NCBI GenBank assembly: GCA_039815185.1
Contig: JBCBZT010000021.1
Span: 1 to 64,000 of the forward strand
Source: Cyanobacteria bacterium P01_A01_bin.123
Lineage (GTDB): Bacteria > Cyanobacteriota > Cyanobacteriia > Phormidesmidales > Phormidesmidaceae
Direction of reading: 5' to 3'
DNA: 64,000 nt
Shown piece after piece: positions 49,521 to 59,566 of this stretch. The position numbers were made by a program, and so were the translations under genes. Each line of letters begins with the position of its first letter. Positions within the stretch are counted from its first letter, which is position 1. Under the pieces are notes generated by a model. It saw only the letters and a program-made list of their open reading frames with translations. It did not search any database and was not told the origin of the DNA.

Positions 49521-50582
49521 TTAACGCAGTCGTGCCCCCCGATAGCGCATTTCTTGTTTCATGGCATAGCGCTTTGCAAATTGGGGCATGTCGCCTTGGT
49601 GACCCATGATAATCACAGTATCCCCCTGGGCCAAAAACAAATCGCGTCCCGGATGGATCGTGACCGAACCGTCGGCTCGCTTCAGCGCCACAATGATAAA
49701 CGTGCCCTTGCCCCGGACTTCAATGTCACCCACGGTGCCGCCCACCAGCGGTGATTCTGGGGTAATTCGTAGTTCATTCAACTGAATGTCTAACTCTGCG
49801 AGCATTTGGTTTAGATTTTCTTTGCCGTCGCTTTGAGCCAAAAAGTCTACGGCAGTGGGATGGGCGATCAGTTGAGCCATTCGCAGTGCACCAATAGAAG
49901 CGGGCAAAATGACGTGGTTAGCCCCAGCGAGACGGAGCTTTTTCTCGGTGGAAGGCATTTCTCCCCGAGCCAGCAGCATTAAATTGGCGTTCATCTCCCG
50001 TGCAGTCAGGGTAATAAATACGTTAGCGGCATCACTTGGCAAGACAGTGGCAAGTGCCCGTGCCCGATCAATCCGAACCGCTTGCAAGATAATTTCATCG
50101 GTGGCGTTGCCTTGGTACATCAAGTAGCCCCGCTCGCGGGCCATGGCAATCCGTTCTGGGTCATTGTCGATCACCACAAACGCCTGTTGTTCTTCTTTCA
50201 GTTTAGTCGCTAACATTTGGCCGATACGACCAAAGCCGCAGATAATCACGTGATTTTGGAGGTTTTCAATTTCTTGATTCATACGTTTGAAATTGAGGGC
50301 ACGGCTAATTTCCCCCTCTGTAATGAGTTGCACAAAGCCTGAGACGGTATACGCTACCGATAATGCACCCGCCACAATCACCACAATCGTGAAAATCTTC
50401 AGGGCAATACTCTCTAGGGGGTTGACCTCCCCGTAGCCCACCCCAAAAATCGTAATTACCACCATGTAGATGGCATCAAGCAGCGTCCAACCTGCCAAAA
50501 CATATCCAAACACTGCGATAATCACCGTCAGCGAGAAGAAGAAGATGCCTGTGATAATGCGTTGGGAAGAGAGACTTTTCAT
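49521..50582 (-). CDS. Potassium channel family protein with RCK (TrkA-N/C) domains
   Basis: 2TM pore TIFGVGYGE; CGFGRIG NAD-binding; TrkA-C. Confidence 0.92.
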   Translation of the reverse strand: MKSLSSQRIITGIFFFSLTVIIAVFGYVLAGWTLLDAIYMVVITIFGVGYGEVNPLESIALKIFTIVVIVAGALSVAYTVSGFVQLITEGEISRALNFKRMNQEIENLQNHVIICGFGRIGQMLATKLKEEQQAFVVIDNDPERIAMARERGYLMYQGNATDEIILQAVRIDRARALATVLPSDAANVFITLTAREMNANLMLLARGEMPSTEKKLRLAGANHVILPASIGALRMAQLIAHPTAVDFLAQSDGKENLNQMLAELDIQLNELRITPESPLVGGTVGDIEVRGKGTFIIVALKRADGSVTIHPGRDLFLAQGDTVIIMGHQGDMPQFAKRYAMKQEMRYRGARLR

Positions 50583-51007
50583 CGGCGATCGCGATCCGAC
50601 TCGCGCCACGAGGTGGAGTAACTCGCTGCTCCATGAGACCTGCATAAATATAGGGTATGAACGCTCCCAAACTTGTCTCCATTCATACTACGGACAAAGA
50701 AAATAAATCACTATTGTCGAGAACAATTGAGGTTGATGTGATGTTGCCCATTGGGCTGTTGAGCTGTTAGTAATGAGGCTGGATAAAACTGACGCTTTGT
50801 GCCATATAGTTTCGTTTTATCTTGATCAGCCAGATCGGAATTACGACAGCGCTGACCACTGATCGACACTTTGAATCAGTAGGGCTGTTGCGTTTGCTGT
50901 GTCCAGAAATCTAAGCTGTTGGGTGCGGACGTAATCGTGAAAAATGCGTTAGATTACATAAAGTCGGAATGACTACGGATAAATATAAGTCGACACAACA
51001 TAATTCT

Positions 51008-53101
51008 ATGAGTTCAACTGCGACCCTCAACCAAAATCCTTTGCTGATCGGGGAAGGGCTGCCCCCCTTCGACGCCATTCAGCCCGAGCATGTAGTGTCC
51101 GGCATAACTCAACTGATCGAACAGCTTGATCAGTCTTTGAGTGCACTGGAGTCTAACGTGACACCGACCTGGGCTGATTTGGTTGACCCACTGACCCAAA
51201 TTGAGGAGCGGCTGCGGTGGAGTTGGGGCATTGTCGGCCATTTGATGGGTGTCAAAAACAGTGCTGAATTACGCCAAGCCTATGAAACCGTGCAGCCGCC
51301 CCTGGTGCAGTTTTCTAACCGAATGGGGCAAAGCAAACCCATTTATGAGGCGTTTAAGCAAATTCGCCAGAACCCCGATTGGCAGACTTTAGATCCAGCC
51401 CAGCAGCGGATTGTCGAGTCTGCTATTCGTGATGCTGAACTGTCTGGTGTCGGTCTCGAAGGGGCTGCCAAAGAGCAGTTCAACAAAATTCAGCAAGAAC
51501 TGGCGGAACTGTCAACTAAATTTTCTAACCATGTGTTGGATGCGACTAAGGCATTTAGTTTGACCCTCCGCGATCGCGACGAAGTAGACGGCCTCCCCCC
51601 CAGTCTATTAGCCCTGACAGCCCAAGCTGCCCGAGAAGCAGGAGAAGAGACTGCCACGGCTGAAGCTGGCCCTTGGCGGATCACCCTCGACTTCCCGAGC
51701 TATGTGCCCTTTATGCAGCACAGTCGCCGTCGGGATCTCAGAGAGCAACTCTATCGTGCTTTTATCACCCGGGCGGCGTCTGGAGAGCTAGACAATAATC
51801 CAATGATTGAACGCACCCTAGAACTCCGCCATCAGCAAGCCAACCTGCTGGGCTACGAGACATATGCAGACCTTAGCGTGGCCCGCAAAATGGCCCCGTC
51901 AGTCGCAGCGGTGGAACAACTGATGGAAGAACTGCGGAGTGCAAGCTATGAAGCATCTCAGCAAGAATTAGCCGATCTAAAAGCTTTTGCCCAATCGAAG
52001 GGTAATCCAGAAGCTGATGACCTCAAGCATTGGGATATAGCCTTTTGGTCAGAGCGGATGCGCGAGGAAAAATATGGCCTCAACGACGAAGAACTGCGGC
52101 CCTATTTCCCATTGCCTCAAGTGCTCGATGGGTTGTTCACGTTGGCCAGTCGCCTGTTTGGCGTGAAGATTGTAGCTGCCGATGGGGAAGCTCCCGTATG
52201 GCATGCCGATGTACGCTATTTCCAGGTACAAGATGAGACGGGTGCTGCGATCGCCCATTTTTACCTCGACCCTTACAGCCGTCCAGCAGAAAAACGGGGC
52301 GGTGCTTGGATGGATGAATGCTTGAACCGGGGCAAGCTAGTCGACGGCATTCGTTTACCGGTGGCCTATCTGGTGTGCAATCAGTCTCCCCCAGTGGATG
52401 GCAAACCTAGCTTAATGACCTTCCGGGAAGTTGAAACCCTGTTCCACGAGTTTGGCCACGGATTGCACCACATGCTAACGCGGGTAGACTATCCCGGTGC
52501 TGCCGGGATCAACAACGTCGAATGGGACGCAGTCGAACTCCCTAGTCAGTTTATGGAGAACTGGTGCTACCATCGGGCGACGCTACTGACACTGGCACGG
52601 CACTACGAAACAGGCGACCCCTTACCTGAAGAGATTTACCAAAAGATTCTCAAGGCCCGCAACTTTATGACCGGCAGCGCTATTTTGCGCCAGGTCAATT
52701 TTGGCTGGCTGGATATCGAATTGCACCATCGCTATCAATCTGGGGGTAATGAGTCAATCTGGGACGTGCGCGATCGCCTAGCCGAAAAAACCACCGTGCT
52801 CAAACCCCTACCTGAAGACGCTTTCCTCTGTGCCTTTGGTCATATTTTTGCGGGGGGCTATGCAGCGGGTTACTACAGCTATTTCTGGGCTGAGGTACTC
52901 AGTGCTGACGCCTTTGCCGCCTTTGAAGAAGCGGGTCTCGAAGATGAAACCGCTTTGGTCGAAACCGGGCACCGTTTCCGTGAAACCGTGCTGGCTCTAG
53001 GCGGTAGCCGCCACCCAATGGAGGTCTTCAAATCCTTCCGGGGAAGAGAGCCGAGTACCGCTGCCCTATTACGTCATCGGGGGTTGGCAACGGCAGCTTA
53101 A
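51008..53101 (+). CDS. prlC: Oligopeptidase A (M3 family)
   Basis: LFHEFGHGLHH, WDAVELPSQ, GGYAAGYYSY. Confidence 0.95.
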   Translation: MSSTATLNQNPLLIGEGLPPFDAIQPEHVVSGITQLIEQLDQSLSALESNVTPTWADLVDPLTQIEERLRWSWGIVGHLMGVKNSAELRQAYETVQPPLVQFSNRMGQSKPIYEAFKQIRQNPDWQTLDPAQQRIVESAIRDAELSGVGLEGAAKEQFNKIQQELAELSTKFSNHVLDATKAFSLTLRDRDEVDGLPPSLLALTAQAAREAGEETATAEAGPWRITLDFPSYVPFMQHSRRRDLREQLYRAFITRAASGELDNNPMIERTLELRHQQANLLGYETYADLSVARKMAPSVAAVEQLMEELRSASYEASQQELADLKAFAQSKGNPEADDLKHWDIAFWSERMREEKYGLNDEELRPYFPLPQVLDGLFTLASRLFGVKIVAADGEAPVWHADVRYFQVQDETGAAIAHFYLDPYSRPAEKRGGAWMDECLNRGKLVDGIRLPVAYLVCNQSPPVDGKPSLMTFREVETLFHEFGHGLHHMLTRVDYPGAAGINNVEWDAVELPSQFMENWCYHRATLLTLARHYETGDPLPEEIYQKILKARNFMTGSAILRQVNFGWLDIELHHRYQSGGNESIWDVRDRLAEKTTVLKPLPEDAFLCAFGHIFAGGYAAGYYSYFWAEVLSADAFAAFEEAGLEDETALVETGHRFRETVLALGGSRHPMEVFKSFRGREPSTAALLRHRGLATAA

Positions 53102-53241
53102 CTGAGTAAGTCGATCAGGGTGTTCAACAGTAGGGGGGTGTGTTTAGCCAGCAATCATTGATGATGGCAATGGATGGTCGTCAAAATGCACCCCTAAACT
53201 ATTGTCAAAAACCGATGGCCCGTGGTGGGGAAGCTGAAGCA

Positions 53242-53988
53242 ATGAGTTGGGTAAGTGCAGGTTACTTACTCATTAGGCCTGCGCCTCGCCCCCAGTGGCC
53301 TGATGCGGCAGGAAGCGTTCAGGCTGCTCTGTTACCCCAGCCTATGCTCAGCGCCAGCAATTGCCTCTGTTCACAGTTTCCAGGCACCTATGCCATTGAC
53401 TGGTGTGGAGATACCGAGGCAGAAAGGGAACGGGCATTTGACGCGATCGCCCTCGATTCTAACTCCCGTGCCATGGCTCGAACCTGGGCAACGGAACAGT
53501 TTGGTCAGGTTTACGGCTGGCCAGGAGTATTTTATGACTTGGAAAACGCGATCGCAGCCAAACAAAAATTCTTCCCCAACGACTCGAATCTGCGTCTGAT
53601 TGCCCTAGGGTTACCCGCTGAATTTCGCGAAACCTTTATCGCCGCAGCAACCCCGGCACCCCCCCCAGCAGGATTCGCCCCAGCGGGCAAATCTGGGTAT
53701 TTAGAAACCTTAGAGCGCAATCATCCTGTGCTCAAGGGCGGCGTTGTGTTGGGCTACGAATTGCTCAATATTGATGTGGGCCAGGTGGGGTGTTCTTGGT
53801 TGTGCAATGGGTTGGAGCGACACTGTGCTAAGACGCTGGGGATTACCCCAAACTGCCATGGATTAATTGACACGCTGCCCCTAGCTCAAGCCTGTCTCAC
53901 TGAAATCACAAAACCAGCGGTCGGGGCTGAACCAGGTCTCTGGCTACCCTTCGCGCTGGTTCGGTTTTCAGCAGCAACGGTTGTTTGA
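53242..53988 (+). CDS. Hypothetical protein
   Basis: Long ORF with normal composition; LGYELL..SWLCN..PN..GLI motif; no recognised function. Confidence 0.65.
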   Translation: MSWVSAGYLLIRPAPRPQWPDAAGSVQAALLPQPMLSASNCLCSQFPGTYAIDWCGDTEAERERAFDAIALDSNSRAMARTWATEQFGQVYGWPGVFYDLENAIAAKQKFFPNDSNLRLIALGLPAEFRETFIAAATPAPPPAGFAPAGKSGYLETLERNHPVLKGGVVLGYELLNIDVGQVGCSWLCNGLERHCAKTLGITPNCHGLIDTLPLAQACLTEITKPAVGAEPGLWLPFALVRFSAATVV

Positions 53989-53993
53989 GAACC

Positions 53994-54635
53994 CTACTTC
54001 AGCAGTTGAATGTTGGAGAACAAGAACTCATTGGTTTCAGGGGTGTCACCGTCGGTTTTGATCAGGCGACGGTTAAGAATAAAGTAGTCCCCGACTTTTT
54101 CATACTCATCTTCAAAAGTGCTGTGGCCGCCCTTTTGTTCGCCTGTCTTGGGGTCGTGATAGACGGAGTCGTAGCGGTGGGAGAGATAGCCTGCTCCAGT
54201 ATCATGGCTGCTTTCGGTGTGGATGGTGACCACGATACCGTGGATGTGCCGATGCACCATTGAAACTTCGTTGTTGCGAAGCTTGTAGCGATCGCCTTCA
54301 GCCTTGCCGCCCATTAAAATTTCCACTTCACCAGACTCGTCGGTTTTCCCATAGGTGAAGATGTTGCTGCCATGGGTGCTTTCAAAGCTGCGACGAACGC
54401 GATGAATAGACACTTCAAACAGTTGACCGTGAATCGCTTTCGTTGCGTCTTCATCATCGATGCCAGAGACCTCTGGCTTCATGTCTGCACTCACTTTGGC
54501 AGTGCCCGTAAAGGTTTCGCCATTGTGCTTGTAGGTGACCTCAGCGGTATAGCCTGGAAAGCTTTTGTCCCAGGTGTAGCGATTTTCGTAGGCGGCACGG
54601 AACAGTTCTTGAGCGGAAACTTGCGCTTGTACCAT
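53994..54635 (-). CDS. DUF3386 domain protein
   Basis: LFRAAYENRYTWD..FPGY and IHRVRRSFE motifs. Confidence 0.9.
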   Translation of the reverse strand: MVQAQVSAQELFRAAYENRYTWDKSFPGYTAEVTYKHNGETFTGTAKVSADMKPEVSGIDDEDATKAIHGQLFEVSIHRVRRSFESTHGSNIFTYGKTDESGEVEILMGGKAEGDRYKLRNNEVSMVHRHIHGIVVTIHTESSHDTGAGYLSHRYDSVYHDPKTGEQKGGHSTFEDEYEKVGDYFILNRRLIKTDGDTPETNEFLFSNIQLLK

Positions 54636-54716
54636 CGATTTTCCTTGGTGTGTTGCGAATGTCTTTGTTTATGGTAGCGGGGAATGAGACAGACTCCCTT
54701 TCAATGACACTCTGGT

Positions 54717-55598
54717 TCAATGACACTCTGGATCGCTATTGAGCTGTTTCACCATATCGAGGAAGACATTCACCGCAGGCGATCGCGGGGTATTGGCCAA
54801 TGTAGCGACGGCAATTGCTCGCTGGAGCGGAACGGGCAGCGATCGCACCTGTACCCCATCCGGAATCGGCAGGGCTGCCAATCGAGGTAAGATGGCTGAG
54901 CCTAAGCCCTGGGCCACCATGCTGACAATGGTGGAATCTTCCTTGACTTCATGGGCAACGCGCAGGGTTTGACCCCAATCGTCCCAGTGATTACGGACTG
55001 CCGTTGTACATTCAGCATAATTAAACAAAATAAAGCCGTGGGCAGAGAGTTCTTCCCAAGATAAAGATTGGGGTGTTTTTCCATTGACATCGGTCAATAA
55101 CACAACGTATTCGTCCCGGGCAATTTCCCAAGTGTCAAATTCATCGGAGCGCGGTAAGGGCACTAGCCCGACATCAACCTGTCCCTCTCGTAAAGCCTGC
55201 TCAACCCCGGCTGGATCCGCTTCGGTGATCAAGACTTCGACCCGTGGAAACCGTTTGCAAAATTGTGCAATCAGGGGAGGCAAGAGATGAGTGGCAGCAC
55301 TGCGAAAGGCAGCAATTCGTAACCGTCCGCCATACAGACCTTTTTCGAGATTGACCTCATATTCAATATTTTCTCTCAGGGCTAAAATTTCCGTAGCATG
55401 GGTCATGATCCGTTCGCCGACGCGGGTTAATCTGGCCCCAAATCTGCCCCGGGTTAACAGTGGCACCCCGAGCTCAGCTTCTAACGATGCGATCGCTCGA
55501 CTGACGGCTGACTGCGAAATATCCAGAGCCAAGGCAGCCTCTGAGAAACTTTTATGCTCGGCAACTGCTGCCAAGATTTCGAGCTGATAGATGTTCAT
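54717..55598 (-). CDS. LysR family transcriptional regulator
   Basis: SFSEAALALDISQSAVSRAIASLE HTH and substrate-binding domain. Confidence 0.95.
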   Translation of the reverse strand: MNIYQLEILAAVAEHKSFSEAALALDISQSAVSRAIASLEAELGVPLLTRGRFGARLTRVGERIMTHATEILALRENIEYEVNLEKGLYGGRLRIAAFRSAATHLLPPLIAQFCKRFPRVEVLITEADPAGVEQALREGQVDVGLVPLPRSDEFDTWEIARDEYVVLLTDVNGKTPQSLSWEELSAHGFILFNYAECTTAVRNHWDDWGQTLRVAHEVKEDSTIVSMVAQGLGSAILPRLAALPIPDGVQVRSLPVPLQRAIAVATLANTPRSPAVNVFLDMVKQLNSDPECH

Positions 55599-55717
55599 GG
55601 AGCACATCTATTCGGTTACTGCATGGATATGAATCGGTCTCGTTTTTGATTAACCAAAACGGGAAAGTTAGGTTAGCTAGCAAGTTGTTCGTCCGGTCCA
55701 CAGAGATTCACAATGCC

Positions 55718-56206
55718 ATGTTTGAACTCTTGAGCTTCGAAAAGTTTAGAGACACCCCCAGTGTGCGATTTTTCGACATTACCATCACTGATTCTAATGC
55801 CCGTGATTTAGTCTTTCACGATGGGCCAGCTACAAGTCCCAATAATAATAGTTCGGGTTGTTGGCAATTTTACTTACATCCCAAACAAGAAGACAATCTT
55901 TTAGCACTCCAAGGGGGACGAACTTTCTATCTAGTCAATTTTGACTGGGCGCATCCCTTTCATGTGATCCGTCTAGAAGCCAACCGCGATATCCTGCGCA
56001 TTCCTCCCGGGACGTTCCATCGCTCGGTCTCTGATCCGAAAGGTTCTCTAGTCATCAACCAGGCTGTACGCCACGAAACTGCTACCCTCGAACACGAGTT
56101 TCGCGTCTACGATTCAGCGGAAATTCCGCGCCTTCATGCTTTGTTGGCTTCAGGGCTAACCCCCAAATATCATCGTTTTGAAGACTTTTCGCTTAAAGCA
56201 GCATAG
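55718..56206 (+). CDS. Conserved cyanobacterial cupin-fold protein
   Basis: KFRDTPSVRFFDI, QFYLHPKQEDN, IPPGTFHRS. Confidence 0.8.
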   Translation: MFELLSFEKFRDTPSVRFFDITITDSNARDLVFHDGPATSPNNNSSGCWQFYLHPKQEDNLLALQGGRTFYLVNFDWAHPFHVIRLEANRDILRIPPGTFHRSVSDPKGSLVINQAVRHETATLEHEFRVYDSAEIPRLHALLASGLTPKYHRFEDFSLKAA

Positions 56207-56234
56207 ACCTATCAACTAATAACCCATGCTCGAC

Positions 56235-56279
56235 AATAGCGGTTTGAAGCCAATGGTCAGGCTTCAAACCGCTGTTTTT
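56235..56279 (+). terminator. Terminator hairpin between convergent genes
   Basis: AATAGCGGTTTGAAGCC-loop-GGCTTCAAACCGCTGTT-TTT. Confidence 0.7.
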
Positions 56280-56371
56280 GGATAGGAGAATGGGTATCGG
56301 TTCAGACCTGGAGTTTTGCCTATAGAAAAACTCGATATCCTGAGCTGGACTAGTTATGAACCAGTCTTTCC

Positions 56372-57358
56372 TTAGCCACCTTCACAGGTGCAAGTGCCTA
56401 ATTCTTGGCAATTCACCTGAATGTCTGAGGATGCCCCTTGAAACGCTTCAATCCTCTGTTGCAGAGCAGTTCGTTCAGTTGAATTGAGCTGTACCTGATC
56501 CAAAATTTGAGTTAGTTCTGCCACGATCGCACTCTGCTCTGGCCCACTGCAATTGGCGCTCACCAGGATATCCCGCAAGATTGCGTGGCGCATGACCTGT
56601 AATTGCTGGGTAAAGGTGGTCAGGTACGATTGCAAAATGTATTGCTCGTGCTGTTGCTGATACTGATCAATTTGGAGCAGCAGTTCTAGATGCTTGCCTT
56701 CCCCGAGGAGGCTATACCCCCCGTAGTCCCAGGTGCGTTGAAAGAACGTGGGCCATCCCCACAGTTGCCCCTCAAGCGCATAGGGATAGTCATAGTAAGC
56801 TTGAACCAACTTGAAGAAATCATCATCGGCGTTGGTCTCAGTTCTAGCTGCGATCGCCAGGAAGTCTTCTACATTGGCAACAAAAGCAGGCGAAGTGCAT
56901 TCTGCAATACAGCTTGGGTCTAAGCCCCAAATGTCTAAATCGGATTCCCTAAACTGCTGGAGTTTTTCATCTGTCCATGAGTCTTGGTATTGACTATCGA
57001 TCAGCAGTTCTTCGGCGAGTTGGAGTGCTTGACGATAGAGTGACTCTACATCCCCATCGTCTGGGGTTGGGTTGTTGTGAATCGAGATCGCATTTGATTG
57101 ATAAAAATTGGCATGCTCAACTTGCCAAGGCAAGAAAAAAGCGTTTAGCGTTACTTGTGAAAGGTCTTCGGGGGGCTGTTCCGCTTGGGCAACGACTAAT
57201 GGATTCTGAGGACGGCTGTTTTGTCCTTGAAGGGCGTTTTGGCTTTGAGAATTGCTTGTCACCGCAGCCGTTGCTGTTAAATTGGTGTCGGCACTGACCG
57301 CAGATAGCAGCGGCATCAGCCCAACAATTGACAAAAACGCAGCGGAGAAAACTTTCAT
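56372..57358 (-). CDS. Hypothetical secreted protein
   Basis: Signal-like N-terminus (MKVFSAAFLSIVGLMPLLSAVSA); WDYGGYSLLGEG; Cys-rich C-terminus. Confidence 0.65.
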   Translation of the reverse strand: MKVFSAAFLSIVGLMPLLSAVSADTNLTATAAVTSNSQSQNALQGQNSRPQNPLVVAQAEQPPEDLSQVTLNAFFLPWQVEHANFYQSNAISIHNNPTPDDGDVESLYRQALQLAEELLIDSQYQDSWTDEKLQQFRESDLDIWGLDPSCIAECTSPAFVANVEDFLAIAARTETNADDDFFKLVQAYYDYPYALEGQLWGWPTFFQRTWDYGGYSLLGEGKHLELLLQIDQYQQQHEQYILQSYLTTFTQQLQVMRHAILRDILVSANCSGPEQSAIVAELTQILDQVQLNSTERTALQQRIEAFQGASSDIQVNCQELGTCTCEGG

Positions 57359-57638
57359 TGGCTCTAACCTAAACGGGACGGCTTTTTTTTCTACAGACTG
57401 CCCCGCCTTGATTCCCAATCTCCCTATCCTTTCTTTGCAATCCTCATACAACAGAGAGCTGTTTACACCATGTTCAAAAAAGTCAGCACCCTTGAATGGA
57501 TTTTTTGGGCCGTCTTTCTAGGCTCCTCTGCTGCCATGATTCTGCAAGCCTATATTCTTCAATAGAAACCGGGTTTCTGGTTGGGCAGTCAAATCGAGTG
57601 GAATACCTGATCCAAGAAACCCGGTCGCGCAAAGCTGC

Positions 57639-58646
57639 TTATCGGTTAAGCAGGTCTGCGATCGCAGCGTCAATAAATGCCGTGTCCACTGGATTTCGCC
57701 CTGGCCCACCGCTACAGTGTCCCCAATCGGTTGGCATGATCCGTAATTCTGCATTGGGCATGCGTTTGACTTCAATTTCACTGTCTGCTGGGGTGAAATA
57801 TAAGTCCGTCGCCGCTGGCATCACAATCGCCTTGGCCTGAATCGAGGCTAAGGCTTGATAAAAATCTTTGGCATAGATGGGATTATCGCTGACGTCGGCA
57901 TGTTGCCAAGACCACAGCATGGCGAGCAAATCGTTGGCATCCCAGGTGGTGTGGTCGTCTTCCCAGAATTTCAGCAGCTCCTCGATCGTGTCAAACCCCA
58001 ACTTTTGATAGAGCTTTTCACGAAAGAAGGTCTGAGAATAAGCCCACCCGGCATAGATGCGGCCAAAGGCTTTGAGTCCGGCGGTTGGCGGTTCGCTGTA
58101 GTTGCCCCCGTTCCAGACCGGATCCGTTTGCAGAGCCGCTTTCACCCCGTCGAGAAAAATCCAGTTGTGTGCGGCACATTTAGCTGCGCCACAGTAAGGC
58201 AAAATCCGCTCCACCTGTTGGGGATAGATTGCGCCCCAGTGAAATGCCTGCATTGCCCCCATTGACCAGCCTGTGACCAAAGCCAGGGTTTCGATGCCGA
58301 ATTTTTCGGTAATCAGTCGATGCTGACAGACCACGTTGTCGTAGAGGGTAATGTTAGGAAAGTTGCTGCCGTTGTAGGGGGCTGGTGTATTGCTGGGGGA
58401 AGATGACACCCCGTTGCCAAACATATTCACCACCAGGATGAAGTATCGGGTGGGATCTAGGGGATGATCGGGGCCGATGGTGGGGACGTAGCTGGCGTGG
58501 GTACCTGTGTAGTAAGTCAGCACCAAAATGGCGTTAGTTTTGGTGGCGTTGAGGCTGCCGTGGGTTTGGTACGCGAGTTTAGCATCAGGCAGGATTTTGC
58601 CTGACTGGAGAGTAATGTTGCCGAGGTCAAAGATGTCGTAGTCCAT
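57639..58646 (-). CDS. Homoserine O-acetyltransferase-like alpha/beta hydrolase
   Basis: LQSG..LAYQTHG, GNGVSSSPSN, nucleophile GWSMG, TDLYF, WGH. Confidence 0.85.
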   Translation of the reverse strand: MDYDIFDLGNITLQSGKILPDAKLAYQTHGSLNATKTNAILVLTYYTGTHASYVPTIGPDHPLDPTRYFILVVNMFGNGVSSSPSNTPAPYNGSNFPNITLYDNVVCQHRLITEKFGIETLALVTGWSMGAMQAFHWGAIYPQQVERILPYCGAAKCAAHNWIFLDGVKAALQTDPVWNGGNYSEPPTAGLKAFGRIYAGWAYSQTFFREKLYQKLGFDTIEELLKFWEDDHTTWDANDLLAMLWSWQHADVSDNPIYAKDFYQALASIQAKAIVMPAATDLYFTPADSEIEVKRMPNAELRIMPTDWGHCSGGPGRNPVDTAFIDAAIADLLNR

Positions 58647-58660
58647 CGTGTCCTACCGGG

Positions 58661-59434
58661 CTAGTGCACAATTGCTGCTTCTGATTGGTCTCTCAGCAAG
58701 TCCATAATTTCTTCGCGATAGCTTTGAAAGACGCGATCGCGGCGAATCAGATAGGTGCGATCGCTGGGCAAATCTACCAGCACTTCTTGCTGAATCGTAC
58801 CAGGATGGGCGGTCAACACGTAAATCCGCTGGGCCAGGAACACCGCTTCATCCACATCATGGGTAATCATCAAGACGCTGATGCCTGTTCGCTTCCATAG
58901 ATCCAGCATAAACTGCTGCATGGTTTCTTTCGTTTGCACATCCAGTGCGCCAAAGGGTTCATCCATCAGCAAAATCTTGGGTTGGGAGGCTAATGCACGG
59001 GCGATCGCGACCCGCTGCTTCATCCCCCCAGAAAGTTCTTTCGGTAACGCCCGCGAAAATTTTGTCAGGCCCACCACATCTAAAAAGTAAGACGCTTGTT
59101 CTCGCCGTTCCTTTGCCCCTATGCCCTGAAGCTTGAGGCCAAATTCTACATTCTTTTGCACTGTCATCCAGGGGTAGAGGGTGTAGGCCTGAAACACCAT
59201 GCCCCGATCGGCCCCTGGCCCGACAACTCGCTCACCATCTACCATAATCTCGCCGCCTGTCGGCATATCTAGCCCTGCCACTAGCCGTAGCAGCGTTGAT
59301 TTGCCTGACCCCGATGCCCCTACCGCACAAACAAATTCTCCTGTTTCCACGTGCATATTAATGTCCCGGAGGGCAACGATCGCACCTTGGCGGGTGGGGA
59401 ATTGTTTATGGAGGTTGTTGATTTCGAGGTGCAT
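58661..59434 (-). CDS. ABC transporter ATP-binding protein (SsuB/TauB/NrtD type)
   Basis: GASGSGKST, LSGGMKQR, LLMDEPFGALD, ITHD. Confidence 0.96.
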   Translation of the reverse strand: MHLEINNLHKQFPTRQGAIVALRDINMHVETGEFVCAVGASGSGKSTLLRLVAGLDMPTGGEIMVDGERVVGPGADRGMVFQAYTLYPWMTVQKNVEFGLKLQGIGAKERREQASYFLDVVGLTKFSRALPKELSGGMKQRVAIARALASQPKILLMDEPFGALDVQTKETMQQFMLDLWKRTGISVLMITHDVDEAVFLAQRIYVLTAHPGTIQQEVLVDLPSDRTYLIRRDRVFQSYREEIMDLLRDQSEAAIVH

Positions 59435-59566
59435 AGGATGATTTTAATAGAGCAGAGAGAAGTGAGTTACATAAGAGGAACAGAGGAATAACATAATTAG
59501 GGAGATGACGTGCGAACTTTGTATACCGCGTAATTAGGTGATAGATAGGCACTGCACCGACGAAAT

